Shown in pieces: positions 36,067-47,293 of a stretch of DNA of 64,000 nt. Source of the DNA: Vitrella brassicaformis CCMP3155 (Eukaryota; Protista; Chromerida); contig CDMY01000613.1 of NCBI GenBank assembly GCA_001179505.1, positions 124,001 through 188,000 of the forward strand, given 5' to 3'. A program made the position numbers and the translations under genes. The notes below the pieces were generated by a model. It was not told where the DNA came from. It saw only the letters and a program-made list of their open reading frames with translations, and did no database searches. Each line of letters begins with the position of its first letter. Position 1 is the stretch's first letter.

Positions 36067-37535
36067 CTAGGACTTGTCAGTGTGCTTTGGCCGATAGGCC
36101 TGCTTGGGCCCGCCCCCGCCGCCCCCCTGGCGCCCAGTTCTGCGACGGCCGTCGCTACGGTCGTGTTTGGGCGAGTTGGTGCCGCCCTGCCCCTGGGTGG
36201 TGTCTCTGTGGCTGTGGCTGTGGCTGTCTCTGTGGCTGTGGGTGGTGTAGCTCTGGGACTGTCGGGCCTCGGCCTGCACTATCTCTTCGGCTGTGCCCGC
36301 AGAAACCATGCCCATGGCTAGTTCCATCTGCACATGGCCACCCTCCCGAACCGCACCACCACCACCACCATCACCCCTATCACAACGACCGTTGCTGTTG
36401 CTGCTGCTGTCCGCCGCACCGCTACTCTCGGACGGACGGCCACCCCGCTGCTGCTGCTGCTGCTGCTGGCTGCTGCTACTGCTGCTGGTGGCGGCATTAG
36501 CAGCAGAGCTGTCCGCCGGGCGTGACGGCAAGGCAGGAAAGTCGGCATCATACGGCAGGGGGTCGCCAGGCGCCAGCCCGCCACGCAAATTGCCGGACGA
36601 GGCCGGTGGGCTGCCATACGGCGGCGTCTGTGTGGGGCCCCGCGCCCGCTCCTGGTTGGCCTGGCGTGAGTGTGCGGGCGGCCCGGGCGCCTTGCTGCTC
36701 GGGCGAGGGGGCGGCTGCTGGGGGCGAGGTGGCACGGGTGCCTGGGGCCCTGGGGGCGCCGGCAGGTTGGCTCGCGGAACTGAGGTGCCTCCAGTGTTGC
36801 GGGTGCTGGTGTTGCCTGCTGCGAAGCTGGTGCTGGGTGGGCTGCCGTGTGGGCGTGAGGGGATGGGAGGCGGCTGGGACAAAGGGGGGAACTCGCAGTG
36901 GGGCCAGCCGTCATCCTGGGGGAAGTCGCATACACTGCACGCAGGCACGCAGGCAGAGAGACGGACGAGAAGGGTGCATGCCATCGGTCGGTTCGGTTGA
37001 CATGTACATATATGTGTTGCTGCTGACGATGTGATGTGATGTGATGTGATGTACCTACCTTCCCTTCTCAACGCAGGCGGGGCAGTGCGGGGAGTATTGG
37101 GGCGCGTGGATGGACGACACCTCCTTGGTGTGATACCTGCACGACGGCTTGTGCCTGTGGAGAGGGAGGGACGGAGGGAGAGAGAGAGAGAAATGCATGA
37201 CGAATGCAATGATTGCACACACGGCGTGGTTCGTTCATCGTCTGTGTGTTGTGGCCATGCACCCGCACCATCTGTTGTCGTGTGCGAAGGGTATCTTGCG
37301 GTTGACGCCACACTCCCAGCAGAACTCGAAGCCACACTTGCAGGTGACGTGGTCGCACTCACCCGCATCTGATGGAGGGATAGACAGAGAGATGCATGCC
37401 TGTTGGGGTCCTTCTCCCTCCCTCCCTGCCTGTGTCTGTCTGTCTGCACGTACCCTTGTATCCGCCTCCATAAGTGCATCCCGCCCTGGGGCAGGGACGC
37501 CATCCCTTCCTCATCAACTGCACACACACACAAAG

Positions 37536-37569
<34 letters not shown>

Positions 37570-40500
37570 AGTCCACACATGTGTGCGCGATGCGGTCTCC
37601 CCAGTTGGCCGACCCACGGACCTCTCGCTTGAGCTCCACTTCGTTCTTGGCGTTCTGGTTGTTCTGCTCATACAACTCCGTCAAACGCTCGCGGCACGTC
37701 TTGCCTGACACACACACACACACATACGAGGGGTGGATGAATGGTGCGGTGTGGTGTGGGTCAGTATATTTGTCTATGTGACCAGGGTGCGGTCCGTGGT
37801 CGCAGTCTGCGCAGAATCTGTGTCCCTTAAGACACATGAGGTTGGCGTTGTCGCTGCCGCTCTCACGGCACACCACCTCGCCACACCCCGCAATCGGACA
37901 CGACACTATCGGGACGCTACACCTAACACAACACAAGACACGGAGAGAGAGACACACACCGAGAGAGAGCACGGGCGTCACACGCCGTCCATATGCATCC
38001 CTGTCCTGTGTGTGGAGCAAGGTGTGGAGTGTGTGGGTGGTACGGTACACACATGGTGGCTATGTTTTGTAGTTTGTCGGCGTCCTGTGGCCCCAGGATC
38101 TCCACAAACATGCCCATGAATCTTTCCATCTCGAGCCGGATCGTTCTGTCGTAGCACGAGGGGCAGCGGAGCTTATCGAACTCACGACTCTCTAACACAG
38201 CTGCACGCACACACACACACACACACACACACATAGCGGTGTTCCTCTATCTATCCCTCTCCTTGGATGAGAGCATCGCCTACATGTTCTGATTGCCGTT
38301 GCGAGGCAGTTTTTGCAGAATCGGTCCTGGCAGGGCAGCTCGTAGCTGCCGCCAATCTCCAGCCACTCCTGGCTGCATGCACACACCGCACCAGACACAC
38401 AAAATGTGGCACACCACACGGGTGGGTGGGTGTGGTGTTTGTGTCGTGTCGGTCAATGCATTGAATGTCGTCATTCCATGGGTCGATCCCTAATAGTTAC
38501 CTACCTACCAGATTGGGCACTGGAATTTGCCGCCTAGGTCCTGGAGCAGCTCGGGACATTTCTCGCCAAACAAACCCTGATAGACACCAACACATACATA
38601 CGTACGTGCCAACCGCCCAGCCTGGCACCCAGCCTGGCAGCCACTTGTGTGTTACCGCGTAGGTTTCGACTGTTTTTTGGAGCTGCTTGATCTGGTCTGT
38701 GTAGTTGGCCTCAGCCACATGCATCTCTCGCAGCCGCTCCCTGAGCTTCTGCTCCGTCTCGCTGGCCTGGGTAATCTGTGCCGTGAGACGCTGCACCTGT
38801 TGGTCCTTGGTCTCGAGCTCGGTCTTGGTCTTCTCCTGGAGGTCCCGCATGTCCTTGGTCTGCTCCATGCGGACGTACCGCAGCTGCGTGTCGTAGTCCT
38901 GCTGCGCCTTGGACAGGCTGTGCCGCGCCGCCTCGACTTGCTGCAGCAGACGGGCCACCTCCTCCTCGTGCCGCTCCCCACCGTCACGCTCCATCTGCTC
39001 CACCCTGCTCTCGAGAAGCGCCTTCTCGGTGCCGATCGACTCGACCAGCTGCGCGAGCTCGTCGTTGCGCTCCCTGATGTCCTGCAGCTGGCCCTTCATG
39101 CTCTCGACCTCGGTGGTCCGCTTCTTGACCTGTTCGTCGAGCTCGTCGCGACGGCTCTCTGCCGCCTTGAGCTGCTCCTGCGTGTGTGTGAGCTGCTCCC
39201 GGTAGCCCTGGATGTCTTTGTAGTACTTGGCGGCATTCTCTTGGTAGATGGAGGCCATCCTGCTCATGTCGGTGAGCTCCTTGATGCGCCCCTCGCAGTG
39301 GGTGAGCTTCTGCTGGTAGTCGTGGAGGGTCTTCTGCTTGGTGTCCATCATCGTGAGGAGGCGGGTGCGCTCGTCGGTGGCCGCCTTGAGGTGCTCCTCG
39401 GCCTTGGCGAGGCGCGAGACGTGGTCGTTGTTGCTCTCCCTGAGGAGCTTGATGTGCCTGTTCTGCTTGTCCAGCTCCTGCTTCTTCTGGTCGCGATCCG
39501 CAGACACCTCACGCAGCTTGAGGTTCAAGTTCCTGACTATGTCAATCGCTATCCTGCACACAACACAAACTCTCGTGTGCTCTCTCTCGTGTGCTCTCTC
39601 TCGTGTGCTCTCGTGTGCTGTGTTCTGCTGTCGTGTGCCGTGTGTGGGCACGCACCTATCAGGTCTGGTTCGTCCCGCGTCGTCCTGGTTGCCCGTGTCA
39701 CCATTCGGGATCGCATCGTCCGTCGTCAACGGCCGCTTAAGCACATTCGCCAGCCCCCCACCGCCCCCCGCCACGCCCGTGCGCCCGTTGAGCATGGCCC
39801 CGCCCCTGGCCGACCCCTCGCTGGAGACGTTGCTACCACTGTCATCGTCGCGGATGCGGGCACCAGCACGAGTGTGCGGCGCCGGCAGCAGGTTGTGCCC
39901 AGGCTTGGCCTGGCCGCCGGTGATCTCGTGTGCGTGTGGGCCCTGGCGCGGCGGTGGGGGCGGGTGCTTGGGGGCGGGAGGGGTGGTGGTCAGGGGGCCT
40001 GGGGGAGGGGGAGGAATACCGGGACTGACACAGACACAGACACACCCACGACGCAACACAACAGACAACACAACACAACATGTGCTGGTCGATGTGGTCG
40101 TTGTGTGTGGTGTCAGTCTGTCTGTCGGGTGGCTTGCTTACGGCAGGGCAGGGAAGTATGTGGTGGCGAGTTTCCGATAGTCAGGGTCCTGGAATAGGTC
40201 CTGCAGCTTGCCCGTGCGATGGTCGTTGAGGAGGGCGTAGCCGTCGAGGTGCTCACCCGCCTTGTCCGCTGCCGCCCGCTTGTCGCCCAGCAACTCAACG
40301 TGCTTGCCGCGCACCAAGATGATGCCGCGCAGCACCTTGGCCAACAAGGGCGACTGGTGGATGCGGTCGTAGAACTGACACACAGCCACACACACACACA
40401 CAGCCACACACACACACACACACACCCAAGACACCCAGGCGCATCAACCACCCACCCCTGTGTGTGCCGTGCGCTGTGCTGTGCTGTCTGACCTCTCTGA

Positions 40501-41234
40501 TGACGTGCATAGCGAATGCGTATTGGGAGTCGTTGTTCCTGTCCCTCATGGCGTCCCTGACCATGACGACAGCCATGCCGCGGAACTCCTTGGGCATGGC
40601 CTGGTCGCGCAGCATGACGGCCGTGAACTCCTTGGCCAGCACGTACAGCTGCTGCTGCCTGTCGATGGTGCTCAGGTTGAGCGTGTCGATGAGCTTGCGG
40701 GTGGGGTGGCGGAAGGCCCACATGATGCCCTGACCCTTGCCGGACATCTGACCCCCGTGAAAGGCTGACGGGTCGGACCGCAGCAGCTGGAGGGTGTTCT
40801 GGTACACCTTCGGGGCGAAATCGGGGTCGTCGGGAGATGCTGATGCATCGACGCATGGCAACACGATACACAACACAACACACCACAACAGACAAATGGG
40901 TGCGGGCATTGGTGTGGGGAGGGGATGTGAGATGGAGTGGAAGCGGCATCTCCTGCAGCATACCGTTGCATTGGATGAGGGTTTCAAGACATTGGGGGAT
41001 GAGTCCACCTCGTCCCGGCTCATCGACCTCTCGAGGCACGTCTGCACACACACCACACCACCATCACACACAGCGCACAAACATCACCACCCATATCTGT
41101 GTGTGCGCAGCGAAGATACCCTGTGCTAGGAGGGCGTCAGGAGGTGGAGGTGATGGGGCGGTGGCAAAGCTGTTGGGCGGGGGAGGGCCCGCGTGGGACC
41201 CGACGAGCCCCGGACCACTGAGGAGCGTTGACAT
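36067..41234 (-). CDS. RBR (RING1-IBR-RING2) E3 ubiquitin ligase with a long coiled coil and low-complexity C-terminus
   Basis: RING1 CPIC...LPCQDRFCKNC...CPSC; IBR CPIAGC...CLKGHRFCADCDHGPH; RING2 CPRAGC...GECDHVTCKCGFEFCWEC. About 300 aa of coiled coil at 38660-39555. All exons phase-consistent. Confidence 0.85.
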
Positions 41235-41469
41235 GGCCCTCAGCGCATCACAGGCCGGGATGCACACCGAATGATGAGTGGAGCGGGATGCCGGAGGGCG
41301 TCAGCCGGATGCGGGCCTCTGATGCACACACCACACAGCACCAGAGACGACACAGACAGGTTCGCCATGGGCGGCATGCGACCGAAGCCATGGAAATGTT
41401 GGCATTTCTTTCGCTATTCTCTTACTTTTTAAAACGCCGAACGAACAGGGCGAGAGGTGCAGGCGCAGG

Positions 41470-44401
41470 TTCAAACTACCACACGAGGAAAGGCGGGGAT
41501 CCCCTGCGAGCTTCGGGTTAGGGCACATTTGTTTTACGCAATACGGAAGTTGAGCGAGCGTAAGCGGCGAGTTGAAGTTGTTTTAGGCCTCCCATAACCG
41601 GGAGAAGGCCGGTGCCCGTGCGTTCATCACTGCAGAGGTTTCTTCCATCCACAACGACATGACCAAGCCCGGCATCAAGAGGGTACGCGCCACCAAGCCA
41701 GGCATCACAAGGGCATGGCGGGCACCCACCAGGGCCATACGACGGCATGCATGCCTCTGTCTGTCAGGCGGCGCCCGACGAGCCGCGCAAGTCCCAGTAC
41801 CAGTTGCGCGGCGGCCGCGGGAGCGATGAGGCGCTCCTGGCGGGCATCGAGTCCGACCGTCGGCTGTCCAAGAAGCTCAAGCAGCGGCAGATCGAGGAGC
41901 AGGCCCAGCAGCAGGTCCAGCAGGTGCTCAAGGAGTTGCAGCAGCCCAACGCCAAGGATCGTGACCTGGCGCTGGGCCATGGGGCAGCCCGGCTCAAGCT
42001 GCTGGCGCCCGACCTGAACCACCAGGAGATGGAAGACGGCCACCTGATGCCCCAGTACCCCTCCCTCAACCTCGCACACGGACAAGGCGTAAGTCAGCAA
42101 AGAGAAACAGAGAGAGGGCGGGGGAGGGAGAGATGGGTGTGGTCATGGTGTGTGGTGTCTGTCAAAACAACAGGATCGGTATGCCGTGTCCGGAGAGTTT
42201 CTGAGCAGCTGCGGCGACGCCTTCAAGGAGTTGCGCGGCTACACTGTGGATCGCATCTTCGACGCCTGCAGCCGCATGCGGGTGTGCAAGGAGGCGCTGC
42301 CGCTCGCCGTGCGGCTCCTCGACTACTACACACACACACGTGAGTGGAGGGAGTGAGCCATACCGACACCTGGCAGGCACCACACACATCATGCCGGCCT
42401 TGTGTATGTGTGTGTGATTCGTATCAGTGTGGGCCAAGGGAGAGAGTTTGTTACAGAGGAATGTGGTAGCGGTAAGTACGAACACTCACACACACACCGC
42501 ACCCACACACCCAACACTGTGTGTGTGTGTGTGTGTGTGTGTGTCATCCGTCCACTTACCTGGCAGGTGGGTTACACGTGTTTGCTGATAGCGTCCAAGT
42601 ACGAGGAGCGTGAGCCGGTGGTCATCAACGACCTCATCACACTCATGAACGAGGTGCCCATCGGCAAGAGGGACCGCGACTACACACGCATCGACTTCCT
42701 CAGGATCGAACAACACATCCTCATGTTAGTCAAGTGGGCCACACACACACGACTAAAGAGCCCCTTTCCCTCCCTCCCTCCCTCTGTCATTCAACTCAAC
42801 GTATGTGTGTTGTGTTGTGTTGTGTGCAGGACGATTGGAATGGAGTTGCCGAGCCCAACGTACTGTGCGTTCAGCGACCGGTTCGCCAAGGCCGGCAGCA
42901 TCCCTCTGGACACTAAGGACCACGCATTCGTGCAGTTCCTCCAGGTGCGTATCCACCACTGCGGCGCACACACACATGGGACGGACAAAGGGATGGATGG
43001 ATGGTGTGGTGTGTACGGCACATCTCACCTGCCATGGGGTCTCTCTCCTCTCTGTGCATTGCAGGAGTTGGCGTTGACGGACTACACATTTTCGCAGTAC
43101 AAATCCAACATCATCTCGGTGAGTGAGGCAGTCAGCCCACTTCACTTAATTGAGCCACACACACGCCATACCATACACACAACACAAGGCGATCCATTTA
43201 TCCGTTTGTCCGTCAGGCTGCGGCGGTGTACATGACTCGCAAGATGTGGCTGCTCATGCCGGGACAGCCCCGACACGGAGAGCCTAGCTGGGTCAGTCAG
43301 TGAGGGCAGTGAGTGGAGTGAGACGATGGGCGGGAGGGAGGGGGGGGCACACCGACACACAGGACATGTGTGTGTGTGGGCCTGGCTGCGTGCCTTCCTC
43401 TCCTCTCGTGTGTGCAGACGGAGACGTTGAAGCGTGTGACGGGCGTGCAGAAGTCTCAGATGACCTCCTGCGCATACGAGATGGCCAGGCTCCTCCGATC
43501 TCTGAACCGCCCGCACATAGCCATCGTACGCAACACCTTACACAGCACCTGCAATGGCTGAATGAGTGGATGGATGGATGGATGGCCCCACTGCCCCTCT
43601 GTGTGTCCTGTCCTGCCCTGCAGGGCAAGCAGGACGGCTGCATTGCCAAGTGGTCGACGCCCGCCAACTACAACATCGCCTCGGTCTTCTACGACTGACT
43701 GACTGACGCACCAACCACACCAACCACACCAATTGCCCCACACCCTCGTAGATAGAGATTCCCACCCACCTTCGATGGCTGACTCAGAGACAGACCGGAT
43801 CCATGTTTGTGCATATGTATGTGTGGGTGTGTGTGCAGACGTGACGCGACGTGTGTGTCTTTTCTTTGGTTTGTGAGCGCACTGACCTCGTCTCTTTTGG
43901 GGAGGGAGTAATGGGATGTCTTGTGCTTCGTGTGCCAGTGTCTTGTGCAGCCGAGGAGGGATGCTTGTCTCTGTGTGTGGTGTGGGGCGTGGGTTGGTGT
44001 GTCGGTGCCATCCAGACAACTCAGCAGACAGTGTCTGTCGCTCGCTCTCCCGTAGCTAGCTCCTAGCTTCTCTCTCTCCCCTCTGTGTCGATTGGCCTGC
44101 CTGCCGCGTCGTGTTGCGTCCCTTGAGCTGACTTTTGCCGCCCCATCAAACACACACACACAGAGAAAGGGACACGGAGAGAGCGACACATGGCACCCAC
44201 ACCACCCGACCCTCCCGCCCACATCTCCAACTTTGTCTTTTGTCCCATTCGGGATACTCCCTGCCTGCCTGTCTGTCTGCCTCTATCGTGTCTACATGCA
44301 ATTCGGCTGCCAGCACGTAGCCATTGCTGGCCGGATGGACGGATGGATGGTTGGATGGATGGACGGGGGGGAGAGGGAGAGGGAGAGGGGAAAGTCGAGT
44401 G
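41470..44401. repeat. Copy B of the inverted segmental duplication (partner 17178-20010)
   Basis: Begins TTCAAACTACCACACGAG and ends AAAGTCGAGTG; collinear with the reverse complement of copy A. Confidence 0.92.
41659..43698 (+). CDS. Divergent cyclin, copy B (complete)
   Basis: Same cyclin motifs as copy A (VGYTCLLIASKYEERE, ELPSPTYCAFSDRF, AAAVYMTRKMW), ending ...NIASVFYD* at 43696-43698. Confidence 0.88.
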
Positions 44402-44689
44402 TCTGCAGGCACCAGCACACAAAGTGGTACTTACACGATCGATGGATGGATGCTCGACGCTCTGGATGGACCGACCGATACAGCAAATCTTACGTGTCCG
44501 TCTCACGTTGAGACACATACCACACACACACCCACCGAGAAACTTTCCATATATATATATATATAAAGGACCAAACACTGTACGCCAATAAACGGCACAG
44601 ACGCACCAAAACAAGACACAGGCACTCGCACACACATTCCACGTGTGCGGCCGGCCGTCCGTCCGTCGGTCAGCCTGCAAGCCAGCCTG

Positions 44690-47293
44690 TCACTTGGGCA
44701 GCTCGCCGCAGTCCTGGATGAGCACCGGTGCGGCGAGGCTGGCCATACGCCACAAAGACGGCCCATCTGTCATGTCATCCAGGGTGGCCCGCCCATCGCC
44801 GCTGCCCCTGCCCTTGGTCTTCCTGCTGGCCACCGTGAGGGAGAGCCCGTGCAGGTAGCTGACGGTCGGGAGGTCGTCGATGATGCCGACGACCGTGTCC
44901 CACACACTGCACCGATTGGTCGACGACACTGTAATCGAGAAGCGGCTGCCTGCACTCACTCACGCACACATAAATAACGAGCATAAAGAGAGAGTTTGAG
45001 CATGTCAGCTGCGCCCGCGCCGAGAGGCGTAGCCTACCGTGCAGTTTGTGTTTCGGGTTGCCCTTCTTGTCGGTCGATTTCTCGCCCAGACACGCCACCA
45101 TGCCCGGCCGCCGGGGTGCGATGAGGGACGTGTGGTGGTCCCATCTCGTGTGGTGCATGCCATAGATGCTCTCGGTGTAGACTTTGTGGCTGCTGTCCAG
45201 AAAGCCCCCAATCAGCTCGGCGCCTTCAAAGGCAGAGGGAATATTCGTGCCTGAACACAAAGCGGGCAGGATGGCATGGCAAGAAGCGCATGTTGACTCC
45301 CATGTGTCCATCCATGCCTGCAGCCGTGTCTGTGGCGCCTGTGGCTGACCGACTGACCTTTGTAGTGCAGCGGGTATCCTGAGGTGCCGTTGCCCTTCTC
45401 GCCCGTGCAGAAGCACCTGACACATGAACGAATCAAGCCAGCAATCGTTGTTGGCTGCATTTGGCTCACTCGTCGATTTCACCTGAAGTTCTCGGCCGCC
45501 TTGGGGTTGACGTCGGTGAAGAGGGTGATGACGATGCGCTTCGACCTGCTGCTTGTGTGAACCTTGAGGTCGAAGAACACCTTCGGCCGCTGACACAACC
45601 AACAGGATGAACGAAACACTTGGGAAGACGGTTCCCCTCCCTCCCTCCCTCCCTCCGTGTGTGCATGTGTCGGGCTGTGCAGTTCTCTTGCCTTTGGTGT
45701 CGGGCTGTTGGCGACCTTTCGCGCGCACAGGAAGCCCTCCGTCATGTGTTCGATGAGCTTGGCGCACTCTGCCTTCACCTGATCAGACAGACATGCGCAC
45801 ACGCTGGCTGCCGATGGGCGTCACTCTTTGTCCGGGTCACCAATTGGTCCGGGCTCGGTTTGACTTTGAAGCAAATGGTCCTCCAGAGGTCAGTGGTCTC
45901 CTGACAACACAGACACAGGCAGAGATGAAAGGCCACTTGTTGGTTGATATGGATGCATTTTCGCAGGCGATGGATGCATTCTTGCCCGTGTACCTTGAGC
46001 AGCTTGGCCCAGTTAGTGTAGTCGACGTGCAGGGTCAAATACGAGTCGAGCTCGCGCAGCAGGTCCAGCAGATCGTCAGTGGCCTGGAGTGACACAACAG
46101 ACAGCGTGAGAGGGCATCCATCCCGAAGCCCACGCCCACATTGATGGCGAGTGCGCTCTTGATGGATCTCTCGAAGTCCCTCAGCCGCTTGACAGTCTCG
46201 GTGAGGTCGTTGGCCTGCCGCCTCTCTTCAGCCAGCCTATCGAGCACCGCCTCCTCCTTCTCCCTGGCAGTCTCTGGGTCGTCGACAGACGGCAGCCGCG
46301 CAGCAGCTGACGGGACAGAAGCCAACAGATGCCCTTGTTCTGTGCATGTGTGTGTGTATGGTGTAGGCACCCGGTGGACGGCCGGTGAGGGTGTTGAGGA
46401 GCTGGTCGATGGGCTTGGGCTCGGCCGTCTTGAAGCTGTCGACGATCCGAATGAACTCAGCCACGATGTCCCTCTGCAGTCGGCCCAGCTGCTGCTTCAC
46501 CAGCACACCCTTGTCGATGGCCTTGCCCCTGCTCTGCACAGCACATGTGACCAATCAGCAATGCCCTTGCCGTGCTCCTCTACTTGATGCATGGCTGACC
46601 TTGAGTTTGGCCATGTCCTGGTCGGCCTTCGCGTCAAGGGCTGTCGCGAGGACGGATTGCCGTGCCCACAGAGCCTGCCGCACCCACTCGCCAACCCACC
46701 TCTCGTCCACCGAGGGTACCAGGTGGCCGCCCGTCGCGTGGCGCACAAACCGGGACCACCGGGTGCGCTCGAGTGGCGAAGCGGCGAGACTCGAAAAGTC
46801 CAGAAGGTGGTCTCGCAGCATGGCCAGCGGCATCCCGCTGAATCTCTTGGTCGCAGAGGTCTCCAGAGCCGAGATGAGCACACAAAAGGCCGTGGGAATG
46901 ACGAGGACGCCTTCATCGAGCAGGTAGAGGTGCGGGCTCCCAGGGGCGGTGTATCCGAAGGTGACGAACCGCACAGTGGAGATGCCCTCCCGCTGCAGAT
47001 CACGGATGGCGGCACTGGCGGCAGAGAAGCTGCGCGTCACATCCTCGGTGGACGGGCAGGGCGACATAGCCAAGGGCAGGAACCGAAGGGCCGAACACTC
47101 CGAAGCGCCAGATTCACCACCAAACGTCGCATCGACCGCACAGACAACAGCGCCACAACCGAGGAACAATGGGTCCAGGTAGAGATGCAGATCCACTTCG
47201 CCTGGCTGAGGTCCACCGACCTCGCCAGTCGTAGCCACAGCAGATGCAGATGCCTCTTTGGTGGCCGCCATGCCAGCGAGGCACTTCTCGATG
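44690..47293 (-). CDS. Multi-domain protein ending in a degenerate cyclophilin-like domain, left copy (5' end lost in gap)
   Basis: KVFFDLKV...[40 protein letters not shown] and the terminal VLIQDCGELP match the cyclophilin fold; the N-terminal ~350 aa are unrecognised. Confidence 0.8.

Noticed and set aside
38647-40197. Long plus-strand ORFs (516 aa and 280 aa)
   Set aside because: Antisense shadows of the GC3-rich coiled-coil exon of the RBR gene; Leu/Val-rich mirror composition.
17178-44401. Interpreting the inverted cyclin copies as terminal repeats of a giant transposon
   Set aside because: The repeats are whole diverged genes; no transposase, integrase or target-site duplication is seen, and the interior is housekeeping genes.
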